Source: Oceanispirochaeta sp.
GTDB lineage: Bacteria; Spirochaetota; Spirochaetia; DSM-2461
Direction of reading: 5' to 3'
NCBI GenBank assembly: GCA_963663385.2
Contig: CAXXXD010000002.1
Location: 288,001 to 352,000 of the forward strand
Length of the DNA stretch: 64,000 nt
Part shown: piece after piece, positions 20,072 through 30,159 of the stretch
How the letters are laid out: each line of letters begins with the position of its first letter
How positions within the stretch are numbered: position 1 is the first letter of the stretch
The notes under the pieces: generated by a model
The model's database searches: none
Told to the model about the DNA's origin: nothing
What the model saw: the letters and a program-made list of their open reading frames with translations, nothing else
Made by a program: the position numbers and the translations under genes

Positions 20072-21193
20072 ATGGGAAAAGGTTTAACCGGTTTTTTGTT
20101 ATTAATATTTGTTCTGACTCCTGTCTTTTCACAGGAACTCCTGATTGAGCCTGGTGACGTCTATATTCAGATGGTGCCGGATGAAGGCTTTCATCTCTGG
20201 ATCAGGCAGAACCCTGGTATGAACTCGGTCATGCTTACCGAATCAACGGCGGATCCGGAAAAGCAGGCGGATTCATTTACACTGCGCGCCTATGATTATA
20301 ATGAGTTTAACGGGGATGAGCCCCGTATGCTGGACGGCGCACTCCTGCCCCAGGACCGTGGAATGTACTATCTGGTCGATTCCAGCCCGGAATACAATGA
20401 AATTCTGGGGGCTGATGCCTTCCGGATATTTGTGCCTCTGAATGTTACTTACGGTTATCCCTGGAGCCGCGAAGGCCAGCTGGAAATCCGCCAGGGGACC
20501 TGGTTGAATATCCGCTCGTTCGAAATGCCCTTTGCAGACTATACCGGGGCTTTTCAGGATAACCCGTTTGTTCTTTCCGCCAAGATAAAAGAGCTGCCTC
20601 CTCCTGTTGTGATAGAAGAGGTCGAAAGGGAACTGGAGGATATTATGGAGGAAGCCGCCCTGATGACCGGCGGCGAGTTCATCCGGGCGGAAGATGGTGA
20701 TGAAGCGGTTGATAAAATCGGTCAGATCCTGACATCTGTCGGCGGCGGTTCCATCGATGTAGTACTGGTTGTGGATACTACGGTCAGTATGAAAAACGAT
20801 ATTAACTTTATTCAGAAGAAACTTGTCCCTCTGGTAGAGAGCCATATCAGCGGATTTGAAAAATTCCGGACGGGAATCGTCATGTACCGGGATTATAAAG
20901 AGGCCTACCTTACAAAGGAGATCCCTTTTCAGGATGATCTGGAACGGGTCCAGTGGTATCTTAACCGCATAACCGTTTCAGGAGGACGGGATATCCCCGA
21001 AGCGGTATACGAAGGAATATTCAGCGGCATCACAAACTATGAATGGGCTGGAGACAACCGGATTATCATTCAGGTCGGAGATGCTCCTCCCCACGATATC
21101 CCCAAGGGAGAAATCACCAAAGAAATGGTGTATACGGAAGCTGCCAAGCTTGGTATTTCCATCTATCCGATTCTTCTCCCATCCGAATACTGA
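20072..21193 (+). CDS. Secreted von Willebrand factor A domain protein
   Basis: Signal peptide; VVDTTVSM MIDAS motif, YRDY, GGRDIPEAV, GDAPPH; AAGGAG RBS. Confidence 0.85.
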   Translation: MGKGLTGFLLLIFVLTPVFSQELLIEPGDVYIQMVPDEGFHLWIRQNPGMNSVMLTESTADPEKQADSFTLRAYDYNEFNGDEPRMLDGALLPQDRGMYYLVDSSPEYNEILGADAFRIFVPLNVTYGYPWSREGQLEIRQGTWLNIRSFEMPFADYTGAFQDNPFVLSAKIKELPPPVVIEEVERELEDIMEEAALMTGGEFIRAEDGDEAVDKIGQILTSVGGGSIDVVLVVDTTVSMKNDINFIQKKLVPLVESHISGFEKFRTGIVMYRDYKEAYLTKEIPFQDDLERVQWYLNRITVSGGRDIPEAVYEGIFSGITNYEWAGDNRIIIQVGDAPPHDIPKGEITKEMVYTEAAKLGISIYPILLPSEY

Positions 21194-21203
21194 TCCTGCT
21201 TTT

Positions 21204-21632
21204 TCAGCTGGAGGGGTAACTCTCCGGGTCTACCTCCGGCAGGGGATCCCCTTCCAGAACAGCCAGGACTTTTTCAGATAAAACCTTATAACGGTTCGGG
21301 TACAGTATGACAAAAGTGCTGGTCTCGTATTTATTCAGTATTTCCCTGAATTCTTCAATGGCCAGCTCTTCCTGTCCCAGTTTTTTATGAATAATAGCTC
21401 TTTCATATTCGGCGGCAATACCCTTGGAATGATTCTCCGGGTAACGGACAAGGAATACTTCATAGTAAAAGAGAGCCGTTTCAAGTTTTTCATCATCTAC
21501 AGCGTCCTGGGCGGCTTTGAAGAAGTGATCTTCCGACCAGTCCTGATCTACCGATTCAGGCACCGTCGTGCAGGAGATGAATGTCAGTGAGATGGTTAAA
21601 AGCAGTAAACTATATTTTAGAATATTTCGCAT
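21204..21632 (-). CDS. Small TPR lipoprotein (BamD/CpoB-like repeat)
   Basis: Lipobox FISC; two TPR-like helix pairs (A..YYE.FL.RYP; AEYE.A.I..K.G..E.A..EF..IL.KY). Confidence 0.65.
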   Translation of the reverse strand: MRNILKYSLLLLTISLTFISCTTVPESVDQDWSEDHFFKAAQDAVDDEKLETALFYYEVFLVRYPENHSKGIAAEYERAIIHKKLGQEELAIEEFREILNKYETSTFVILYPNRYKVLSEKVLAVLEGDPLPEVDPESYPSS

Positions 21633-21695
21633 GTGGTCCTTCTTTAATATGAGAACCATCATACTCTACAGAAGATACAGTTTCAAGCGAAATTA

Positions 21696-21752
21696 AAGAG
21701 GCAGACTGCCCGAATCCATATCAGGGCTCAGGGGGGCAGCAGCTCCTCTTTT
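21696..21752 (-). terminator. Possible intrinsic terminator/hairpin downstream of the Cys-rich gene
   Basis: Imperfect inverted repeat AAGAGG..CTGCCC / GGGCAG..CCTCTT. Confidence 0.4.
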
Positions 21753-21764
21753 CCCTGAACAGGA

Positions 21765-22103
21765 TTATAGATCAAACGCGTAAACTTCATCCTTGATAGG
21801 GAGTGTCTTCTTCAACTCTTTCAGAAAGGTCTTGGTATCGCCCATGGGTTCATAGAATTCACACTCTTCGGTACTGCGGCGGGCTACGGTAAAATATTTA
21901 TAATACTTTTCATCTCCCAGTTTTTTCTTCCACATGCCGGCGTCACAGCGAACCCTCAAGTGGTATTGATTGTCCTTGCCTGTGCTTGTCCTGACCAGTT
22001 TGCAATGGCAGCAGTTGGCACAGTAAATTTTGTCGGCGCTGCAGGTATCGGAATTATCCTCAGCAATATCGGCTGCTTGGCCAGTAAAAGATTCTTCGTA
22101 CAT
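21765..22103 (-). CDS. Small Cys-rich hypothetical protein (probable metal binder)
   Basis: YCANCCHCK...RC...ECEFY; GGAGG RBS. Confidence 0.75.
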   Translation of the reverse strand: MYEESFTGQAADIAEDNSDTCSADKIYCANCCHCKLVRTSTGKDNQYHLRVRCDAGMWKKKLGDEKYYKYFTVARRSTEECEFYEPMGDTKTFLKELKKTLPIKDEVYAFDL

Positions 22104-22223
22104 GAGATGAACACCTCCAGATGAATTTTTCCTCTTCTTTCCCTTATTGTCGGCTGAAAGCCGTTTAATTTTGAGAAAGAACTTCTACTTTGTTTCTATT
22201 CACAAAAATGAAAGTTCTATATC

Positions 22224-22937
22224 ATGGCAGATATGATAGCTACTTTTATCAACGCACTGACTATTATCCTGGGTTCTGCCATCGGGTTAGGCCTGAGGGG
22301 CAAAATCCATGATCACTACGAAGATGTGATTTTTACCGCTCTCGGTCTGTTTACTCTTGTTCTGGGGCTGACCATGGCTCAGGGTGAATGCAATGCCCTT
22401 TATATGGTTTTTTCTCTGGTTCTGGGAGGTATTCTGGGGACCTGGTGGAAACTGGAAGACAGGATCCTGTCTCTGGGGGATATCGTGCGGAAACTGCTGC
22501 CCCGCAGAATAGGGGACAATACTTTTGCAGCCGGGTTTCTGGATGCTTCGGTTCTCTTCTGTGTGGGAGCCATGACAATTGTAGGCGCTTTTCAGGCCGG
22601 GATTGATCATGACTATCAAACCCTGCTTGTCAAATCCGTACTGGACGGTTTTGCCGCCATACTGATGGCCTCCGTTCTGGGCTGGGGTGTTATGTTTTCA
22701 GCTCTCACCATAATTGTAACACAGGGCTCTCTTACTCTTCTGGCGGTATGGATCGCCCCTTATGTACATGACGAGATCATTGAGGCTGTTGCTGTAGTAG
22801 GGGGTGTGCTGATTATGATGATCGGTTTAAACCTGCTTAAAATAAAAAAGATCAGGACCGCCAATTTTATTCCGGCGCTGATCCTGATCCTTCTTTTTTC
22901 CTATGCCGATCCCTGGCTGCAGGTTTTCCGCAGCTGA
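22224..22937 (+). CDS. DUF554-family membrane protein (YdfK-like)
   Basis: N..TIILGS.IG; GF.DASVLFCVGAMTIVG; KSVLDG; ANFIPA. Confidence 0.88.
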   Translation: MADMIATFINALTIILGSAIGLGLRGKIHDHYEDVIFTALGLFTLVLGLTMAQGECNALYMVFSLVLGGILGTWWKLEDRILSLGDIVRKLLPRRIGDNTFAAGFLDASVLFCVGAMTIVGAFQAGIDHDYQTLLVKSVLDGFAAILMASVLGWGVMFSALTIIVTQGSLTLLAVWIAPYVHDEIIEAVAVVGGVLIMMIGLNLLKIKKIRTANFIPALILILLFSYADPWLQVFRS

Positions 22938-22980
22938 CATTTTTGACCTTTTGCCCGGATCCGACGTTAGAGACCTGAGA

Positions 22981-25356
22981 CTATAGTGGTTTAAGGTGCC
23001 AGATATCCCTGTTATACTCCATGATGGTCCTGTCCGAGGAGAAGTAACCCGAGGCGGCAATATTTTTCAGACTGCGGCTCTGCCATCCGGCTGTATCCTC
23101 GTAATCCCTGTCTGAAGCACTTACAGCTTTTCTATGAGCGGCCAGTTCGGGAAGAACCAGGTACTGATCATTTGATCTGATATGGTTCAAAAGCGCCGAG
23201 AATTCGTTTCCGGAGCTGAACAGGCCCGATTCAATCGCATGAAGTATACGGGAGGCCCTCTCATCCCCTTTGATAAAAACTTCAGGAGAATAACCGACCC
23301 TTTTGAGGTTCGCCTCTTCCGTGCTTAAGCCGAAGGGGTATCCATTTTCCGGCCCGGCCTTTTCGAATATCTCAATATTGGCTCCATCCATAGTTCCCAG
23401 GGTCAGCGCGCCATTCATCATGAACTTCATATTCCCTGTTCCGGAGGCTTCCTTTCCCGCAGTTGAAATCTGCTGGGAAATCTCCGAAGCCGGGAAGATC
23501 CGTTCTGCCATGGACACCCTGTAATTGGGGAGGAAAACAAGCTGCAGTCTGTCTTTGCACAGAGGATCCCCATCCAGGACTTCACTTACCTGGCAGGCCA
23601 GGTGAATGATCTCCTTTGCAATATAGTAACCCGGCGCCGCTTTTCCGCCAAAGAAAAACGTACGGGGCTGAACCGGTTTGTTCGGATTGTCCCTGATATC
23701 CAGATAACGGTCGATAATATTCAGTATATTAAGAAGCTGCCGTTTGTATTCGTGTATCCGTTTTACCTGAAAGTCAAAGAGCATGGACGGATTAACGCGG
23801 ATGCCGCTCTCTTTTTCAAGGTATCGACTGAATCCCTTTTTGTTTTCATCCTTTATGGTCTTGAGTTTTTCCAGAAAGGCGGAATCCTTGCTCAGGGGCA
23901 GCAGATCACTCAGCTTTTCCGCATCACTGTGCCATTCCCGGCCGATTGCTTCATCGATCAGTCCTGTAAGGTCAGGGTTGGAGTGGATAAGCCAGCGGCG
24001 GTGGGTAATCCCGTTAGTCTTGTTGTTGAACTTTTCCGGGTATAGGGCATACCACTCCTTCAGAACACTGTTTTTAAGGATTTCCGTATGCAGCGCGGCT
24101 ACTCCGTTTACAGAACGGGATCCCTGAATGGCCAGAGGCGCCATATGGATAACGCCGTTTCTGATTATCTGGTAAAGAGGGGCGCCTTCTTTTCCATGGT
24201 GCTCTTTCTGCAGGCGCCTGTGGATCTCTTCGATAATCATGGCAATACGGGGAAACAGGTGCTGTATATAGGTTACCGGCCACTTTTCAAGCGCCTCCGA
24301 AAGGACTGTATGGTTCGTGTAGGAAAAGGTCGCGGTTGTGATCTTCCAGGCTTTCTCCCAGGACAGTTTCTCCCTGTCCATCAAAAGCCGCATAAGTTCC
24401 GGGATGGCCAGAACCGGGTGGGTATCGTTCAGCTGAATGGCATGCTGCTCCGGAAACCGGTCCCAGTCATCGCCAAAATCCCGTCTGAATCGTTCCGAGA
24501 TATCCTGCAGGGACGCGGAAACAAAGAAGTACTGCTGTTTCAGTCGGAGCTGTTTTCCCGCCGACCCCTGATCGTTGGGGTAGAGGACAGCGGAAATGCT
24601 GCGGGCTCCATCGTCCTCCCGCCAGGACTGTCCATGCTGTTCCTGGTTAAACAGGTTCAGATCGAACCCCTCCGGTGAGCGGGCTTCCCAGAGCCTCAGG
24701 GTTGTTACGGTTTTACCGTCAGCTCCTGTGATTGGATAATCCACAGGGACGGCATGGATCACTTCGCCCGGATCTATTTTGAAATTCAGGTTCCCTTCCT
24801 GATTCTGGTTCATATGAACATGTCCGCCGATATAGATCTTTCGGAAATCCTGGGGCCTCTCTGTTCCCCACAGATCATTCCTGTCCTGCCAGGTATCGGG
24901 AGATTCCTGCTGTCTGTTATTTTCAATAGACTGACTGAATAATCCGTATCTGTACCGGATGCCGTAACCCATGGCCGGCAGTTTCAACGAAGCCAGTGAG
25001 TCGAGGAAGCAGGAGGCCAGACGGCCCAGACCGCCGTTCCCCAGACCGGGATCAGCTTCTTCCTCCAGAATATCTCCCAGACTGAAACCGTACTCTTCAG
25101 CCAGTTCGGCAGCTTCTTTCCACATCCCCGTGTTCATAAGGTTCATTTGCAGGGATCGTCCTGTCAGGAATTCCATAGAGAAGTAGTAGATCCGGCGCAT
25201 CTTCGCCTCCCGGATCTGCCTTTCCGTACTGTACCATCCCTCAAGGATCCTTTGACGCACTGTTTCTCCCAGTACATTTAAAAACAGGGACGGTGTTACA
25301 CTGTTTCGTGTAATCCCTGTCTGTGTCATAATTTTCTTTCGGAATTCTTCTTTCAT
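22981..25356 (-). CDS. glgP: Glycogen/alpha-glucan phosphorylase
   Basis: GLGNGGLGRLA, LNDTHP, YTNHT, KRIHEYKRQ, PLP site EASGTGNMKF. Confidence 0.97.
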   Translation of the reverse strand: MKEEFRKKIMTQTGITRNSVTPSLFLNVLGETVRQRILEGWYSTERQIREAKMRRIYYFSMEFLTGRSLQMNLMNTGMWKEAAELAEEYGFSLGDILEEEADPGLGNGGLGRLASCFLDSLASLKLPAMGYGIRYRYGLFSQSIENNRQQESPDTWQDRNDLWGTERPQDFRKIYIGGHVHMNQNQEGNLNFKIDPGEVIHAVPVDYPITGADGKTVTTLRLWEARSPEGFDLNLFNQEQHGQSWREDDGARSISAVLYPNDQGSAGKQLRLKQQYFFVSASLQDISERFRRDFGDDWDRFPEQHAIQLNDTHPVLAIPELMRLLMDREKLSWEKAWKITTATFSYTNHTVLSEALEKWPVTYIQHLFPRIAMIIEEIHRRLQKEHHGKEGAPLYQIIRNGVIHMAPLAIQGSRSVNGVAALHTEILKNSVLKEWYALYPEKFNNKTNGITHRRWLIHSNPDLTGLIDEAIGREWHSDAEKLSDLLPLSKDSAFLEKLKTIKDENKKGFSRYLEKESGIRVNPSMLFDFQVKRIHEYKRQLLNILNIIDRYLDIRDNPNKPVQPRTFFFGGKAAPGYYIAKEIIHLACQVSEVLDGDPLCKDRLQLVFLPNYRVSMAERIFPASEISQQISTAGKEASGTGNMKFMMNGALTLGTMDGANIEIFEKAGPENGYPFGLSTEEANLKRVGYSPEVFIKGDERASRILHAIESGLFSSGNEFSALLNHIRSNDQYLVLPELAAHRKAVSASDRDYEDTAGWQSRSLKNIAASGYFSSDRTIMEYNRDIWHLKPL

Positions 25357-26675
25357 TAAATCACCGATTCGGGGTGTTCTTCCACGATGCGGAGAGACAC
25401 CGGTTTGTTATCAACCTCTTCCAGAGAGGCAATCTCCGTCAGAGCTTTTATAATATTACCAGCTTTGGCCGTATGGGTTGTCATAACGAGAGGGATGGAA
25501 TCGAACGCCCCTTCCTGCTGCAGAAGGGATGTGATGCTGATAGAGTGTTTACTGAGTATCCCGGTTATCCGGGCTACCGTACCGGGACGGTCTTTTACCA
25601 TAAAACGCAGGTAGTAGCGGCTGGTCAATTCTTCCTGAGGCAGCTGTCTGGCTTCTTCTGTCAGATCGGGCCAGAACGAAAGGGTCTCGAAAGCCCTGGA
25701 TGTTACTCCGAGAGCAATAGCTATGATATCTGCCACAACTGCTGATGCGGTGGGGGAACTGCCCGCTCCCCGTCCCATATACATGGTGTGACCCACGGCA
25801 TGACCGTACACGCTTACCGCATTAAAAGCGCCTGAAATCCGGGCCAGGGGATGATTTCTATGGAGGAACGCAGGGGCTACGCTAAGGGCCAGTCCCTTTT
25901 CTGTCCTCTGGGCAATTGCAAGCAGCTTCATTGTATAACCCAGGTTCTGGCCGGTCTGGATATCGTAAAGGTCTACCGTATCTATCCCCTGAACAGGGAC
26001 CGAATCCAGGGATACTCTCTTTCCGTAAGCCAGAGAACCCATTATGGTTAATTTATGGGCCGAGTCCATTCCTGTTACATCCAGAGTGGGATCCGCTTCT
26101 GCCAGCCCTGCCGCCTGGGCGGATTTCAGCGCTGTCTGATAGGTCTGTCCCTTTTCTGTCATCTCGGTCAGTATGTGATTGCAGGTTCCGTTTACAATCC
26201 CGAACAGGGCTTCAATCCTGTTGGCCAGCAGCCCGTCTGTCAGGGCTTTTATAATTGGGATACCGCCGCCGCAGCTGGCTTCAAAACCGATGGATACACC
26301 ATTTTCCCTTGCAAGGGCAAAAAGCTCGGGTCCGTAGTGTGCGAGAAGGGCTTTGTTGGCCGTCACCACGTGTTTTCCCGCTTCCAGAGCCTTTGTCATC
26401 ATCTTCTTGGCAATGGTCAGTCCGCCGATCAGTTCGATAACCAGTTTGACTTCCGGATCTTCCAGAACTTTATTGTAATCTTCTTCAAAAAGATCAGGGT
26501 CTATTCCGATAGCTTTTGCGTTGCTGTAATCCCTTTCAACAATATATTTCAGAACCAGCGGGAGTCCTGTCCTCTCCTGAAGAAAGTCCTTGTCTTCGGT
26601 GAGGAGCCGGGCGGTTCCTCCGCCGACTATTCCGCATCCCACCAGGGCAATTCCAAATCTTTCATTCCGGGCCAT
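25356..26675 (-). CDS. hom: Homoserine dehydrogenase with C-terminal ACT domain
   Basis: GCGIVG, HVVTANKA, EASCGGGIP, NGTCN, AEADPTLD, GRGAG; ACT DRPG. Confidence 0.96.
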   Translation of the reverse strand: MARNERFGIALVGCGIVGGGTARLLTEDKDFLQERTGLPLVLKYIVERDYSNAKAIGIDPDLFEEDYNKVLEDPEVKLVIELIGGLTIAKKMMTKALEAGKHVVTANKALLAHYGPELFALARENGVSIGFEASCGGGIPIIKALTDGLLANRIEALFGIVNGTCNHILTEMTEKGQTYQTALKSAQAAGLAEADPTLDVTGMDSAHKLTIMGSLAYGKRVSLDSVPVQGIDTVDLYDIQTGQNLGYTMKLLAIAQRTEKGLALSVAPAFLHRNHPLARISGAFNAVSVYGHAVGHTMYMGRGAGSSPTASAVVADIIAIALGVTSRAFETLSFWPDLTEEARQLPQEELTSRYYLRFMVKDRPGTVARITGILSKHSISITSLLQQEGAFDSIPLVMTTHTAKAGNIIKALTEIASLEEVDNKPVSLRIVEEHPESVI

Positions 26676-26916
26676 AACATTTCTCTCCTGATATATTTAT
26701 CTTAAATAAATGACTTTATGGAGATTATCAGATATGACACTCATTTATGCAAGAGGCTGTCTGTTTGGACCCAGGCAGATTTTTAAATGAAATGTGACGA
26801 TTTCTCCTATGTATATTGTTGAATAATGAATTACAATATAAAGTAATTTAACCGGACTCACTGTTTTTTATACCGTGATGCCGGACTTAATATCTGATCT
26901 TAAGGAGTTTCTTATT

Positions 26917-27519
26917 ATGAAGAATAAAGGTGTATTCCTGATTCTTGCAGCAGCAGTATTGATCTTTTCCGGTTGTGCCTCCACTTCCGTAACCAGGACA
27001 TCTACGGATGAAGTAATAGATTTAAGCGGCCACTGGAATGATACGGATTCCAGGCTTACCGCAGAAGAAATGATTTCCGATGTTCTTTCCCGTCCCTGGC
27101 TGGATGATTTCAAGGCTGCCGAGGGCGAGAAGCCCGTTCTTATCGTCGGAACTATCAGAAACAAGAGTTCTGAACATATCGAAACAGCCACATTTGTCAA
27201 GGACATTGAAAGGGAGCTGATCAACAGCGGGCAGGTAAGATTTGTTGCCAGCAAGGAAGAGAGGGAAGAAGTCAGGGACGAAAAAGAGGACCAGCAGTCC
27301 AACGCTACCGAAGAAACCATGTCTGCTCTGGCTGCCGAAACCGGTGCGGATTTTATGCTCAAGGGTGTAATCACATCCATTACAGATGCTGTCGAAGGGA
27401 AACGGGTTGTAACCTATAAAGTTGATATGGAACTGATTCGCCTGGAATCCAACGAAAAAGTCTGGATCGGATCAAACGAAGTAAAGAAATTTATTAAACA
27501 GTCCAAATCCAACTGGTAA
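26917..27519 (+). CDS. LpoB-like / CsgG-HfaB-fold lipoprotein
   Basis: Lipobox FSGC; DLSG.WNDTD, IRNKSSEHI, GADFML.G.I, EKVW. Confidence 0.8.
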   Translation: MKNKGVFLILAAAVLIFSGCASTSVTRTSTDEVIDLSGHWNDTDSRLTAEEMISDVLSRPWLDDFKAAEGEKPVLIVGTIRNKSSEHIETATFVKDIERELINSGQVRFVASKEEREEVRDEKEDQQSNATEETMSALAAETGADFMLKGVITSITDAVEGKRVVTYKVDMELIRLESNEKVWIGSNEVKKFIKQSKSNW

Positions 27520-27521
27520 AA

Positions 27522-28937
27522 ATGAAAACAGTTCAAAATATAATAAAGTGGGGATTGGCTTTTGCGGTGGCAGGACTCTTTATGTCCTGTGCCAGTACGG
27601 TCACACAGCAGTCTCATTATATTGATGCGGATGCCATGGTCGCCCGCGGGGATTACCTGGGGGCGAGCCGTGTGGTGGAAGAGGAGCGTGATACCTCTTA
27701 TAAGCAGAAAGACCGGGTTCTCTATTACCTGGATACGGGGATGCTCTATCATTTTGCCGGAGAGTATGAAAAGAGTAATCAGGCTCTTTCAAAGGCGGAA
27801 CAGGGGATAGAGGAACTCTTTACCAAAAGTATTTCCAAGTCCATTACTTCGGGAGTTTTGAACGATAATGCCCTGGATTACGCCGGGGAGGATTACGAAG
27901 ATATCTATCTGAATATCTTCAAGGCTTTGAACTATATTGCTCTGGGCAATAATGAAAGCGCTCAGGTAGAGATCCGCCGGGTTCATATCAAGCTGGGGAT
28001 ACTGGAAGACAAATACCGGGAACTGATTGAAGAGTACAACAGCTCCAGCGATGCAGAGGGGGAGATTGAAGCCAGGGAAATCCGTTTTTACAACTCGGCT
28101 CTGGCCCGGTTCCTCGGGCTTCTTCTCTACCGGGCGGAAGGTGACTTCGATGATGTCCGTATTGAACTGAATGAAATCCGGGAAGCCTTCAATGAACAGA
28201 AACAGCTTTATGATTTCGAGCAGCCGGACCTTCCTCAGCAGGAAACGGCAGACGGGATGGCATATCTCAGTGTAATGGCATTTACAGGGTTCTCTCCGCG
28301 GAAAATGGCGGAAACCTTCTACCTGGATACGGGCAGCCATATTGTTTACATCACTTCTGTCAGTCAGAACAAGGACTATGTAAACCGGACTATTGGATTC
28401 AACTTTCTGGTTATGCCCGGGGTGGAACCGGGGTATCATTTTAAATTCCAGTATCCCCGGATGGACCTGATGGGAAGCCGGATTGACCGGATTGTTATGA
28501 CTGTAGACGGGATGGCCAAGGTGGAGATTCCTCTCTTTGAGGATATGGAAACCATCGCCCAGGAAATCTTTCTGATCAGACAGCCCCTGATTATCGGAAA
28601 AACCATACTGCGAACGGTTGCCAAGGGTATTGTCAAGGAAGCGGGGAAACAGGCTGTTAAAGATGAGATGTCCAATGATGTGGGAGGCCTGCTGCTCGGT
28701 GCTCTGATCGGCGTTGCCGCTGACGTTGCAGTGGATGCTACGGAAAACGCGGACCTTCGCATTTCTCACTACTTTCCCGCCTATGCTCATGCTCTTGATG
28801 TGGCTCTTCCACCGGGAGATCATTCTATCGAGCTGGAGTACTTCAGCGGATCCTCTCTGGTTTTCCGGGACAATAAAGGGACCATCAATCTGAAAGAGGG
28901 TGAACTGAACCTGGTAGAATCCTTCGTTTTAAAATAG
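27522..28937 (+). CDS. TPR-like lipoprotein (COG3014-like)
   Basis: Lipobox FMSC; LYYLD.GML, Y.GEDYE.IY.N..KALNY, A.VEIRR, ENADLR. Confidence 0.75.
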   Translation: MKTVQNIIKWGLAFAVAGLFMSCASTVTQQSHYIDADAMVARGDYLGASRVVEEERDTSYKQKDRVLYYLDTGMLYHFAGEYEKSNQALSKAEQGIEELFTKSISKSITSGVLNDNALDYAGEDYEDIYLNIFKALNYIALGNNESAQVEIRRVHIKLGILEDKYRELIEEYNSSSDAEGEIEAREIRFYNSALARFLGLLLYRAEGDFDDVRIELNEIREAFNEQKQLYDFEQPDLPQQETADGMAYLSVMAFTGFSPRKMAETFYLDTGSHIVYITSVSQNKDYVNRTIGFNFLVMPGVEPGYHFKFQYPRMDLMGSRIDRIVMTVDGMAKVEIPLFEDMETIAQEIFLIRQPLIIGKTILRTVAKGIVKEAGKQAVKDEMSNDVGGLLLGALIGVAADVAVDATENADLRISHYFPAYAHALDVALPPGDHSIELEYFSGSSLVFRDNKGTINLKEGELNLVESFVLK

Positions 28938-28945
28938 GAGTAAAC

Positions 28946-29983
28946 ATGAAAAAGATAATCCTTGTATTACTGTTAACAGTTACAATACTGGTGTCCTGTG
29001 CAACAGGCGGCGGGAATTCCTCTTCGAAAGGACGCCGTCCCGACTGGGTGGATGATAAGCACAGTGTTTATCCCGATGATGAGTATCTGGTGGAAATAGG
29101 GGAAGGCTCTTCCCTTAAAAAAGCCAAACAGGACGGGATCGCCGCACTGACCCAGATTTTCAGAACCACCGTAAAAGTGGACAGTACCGTTTTAACCCGT
29201 TATCAGGATCTTTCCGACGGGGATAAAATCCTGGAATCCAGTATGGAAACGTCCGTGGATGAGTCCATTACCCAGCTTTCCGATGAAACCCTGATAAATG
29301 TCCATTTCGGCGAATCCTGGACCGATGATATGGGGCGCACCTATGTGGCTGCCTATATCGACCGGATGGACACGGCCATGATTTACAGGGAACGTATCAA
29401 TCAGGACAGCGAACGGACCCGTTATTTTATGGATGAATCGGCCGGACAGTCTGACCTGCTCAGGAAATTCGGTTATCTGGATGCGGCTACCGTTATGGAT
29501 AAAAACTCCCAGATGATGCTGGAACAGCTTGAGATTATCCATGCCCCTTCCAGCCGATCCATTATGCTCAGTTACGAACCGGATGAACTCAATTCCCTGT
29601 ATAACAATACGGCAAAGGAAATGCTCTATTCCATTTCCGTAGACGGGGATATGGATGGAAAAGTGACCAATACGGTTGCCCAGGTCCTGACCGGCCGGGG
29701 GTTCTCCGTTACCGACGGAACAGGCAACCTCTCCGTTACGGGCAGCGTTTCCGTGGAAGATGCCGCCCTGAATAACGGCTATGAAAATGTCCGCTGGTTT
29801 CTCTATATGGAGATGCGGAACGAAGCCGGAGAAGTTGTGGCCACCATGGAAGAGCAGCAGCGGGAAACCGGAATCTCAAAAGAAGCTGCTGTTGCCAAAG
29901 CTTACCGATCCATGGAGGAAATGCTTCAGAAGAAATTTATCGGAGACCTGGAACGCTACTTCGACAGCTTTGCGGGTAAGTGA
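28946..29983 (+). CDS. LPP20-family lipoprotein
   Basis: Lipobox LVSC; RPDWV, YL..IGEG...A...A.L..IF. Confidence 0.7.
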   Translation: MKKIILVLLLTVTILVSCATGGGNSSSKGRRPDWVDDKHSVYPDDEYLVEIGEGSSLKKAKQDGIAALTQIFRTTVKVDSTVLTRYQDLSDGDKILESSMETSVDESITQLSDETLINVHFGESWTDDMGRTYVAAYIDRMDTAMIYRERINQDSERTRYFMDESAGQSDLLRKFGYLDAATVMDKNSQMMLEQLEIIHAPSSRSIMLSYEPDELNSLYNNTAKEMLYSISVDGDMDGKVTNTVAQVLTGRGFSVTDGTGNLSVTGSVSVEDAALNNGYENVRWFLYMEMRNEAGEVVATMEEQQRETGISKEAAVAKAYRSMEEMLQKKFIGDLERYFDSFAGK

Positions 29984-29998
29984 TTTCAGATCCCTCTC

Positions 29999-30127
29999 CC
30001 CCTCGGCTCCGCTTGGATCGAGGGGATATTCTATTCAGACCCCCTTGTTATAAACCTTCGGTTTATTGCTCTGGTATGTAACTGACTTCTCAATCTCCCC
30101 TCCTGAGGAGGGGCCGGGGGAGGTCTG
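29999..30127. repeat. REP-like GC-rich palindromes between convergent genes
   Basis: CCCCTCG..CGAGGGG (29999-30025); CCCCTCC-TGA-GGAGGGG-CCGGGGGAGG (30097-30123); CAGACC (30036) / GGTCTG (30122). Confidence 0.55.
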
Positions 30128-30159
30128 GTGATACAGGGCTACAGTTAAGCCGGGTGGCT

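Noticed and set aside
27789..28823. 344-aa antisense ORF (similar long ones at 17772-18422, 33508-34380, 40999-41826, 45136-46182, 59104-59859)
   Set aside because: Each lies opposite a better-supported gene and has no recognisable motif; typical shadow ORFs.
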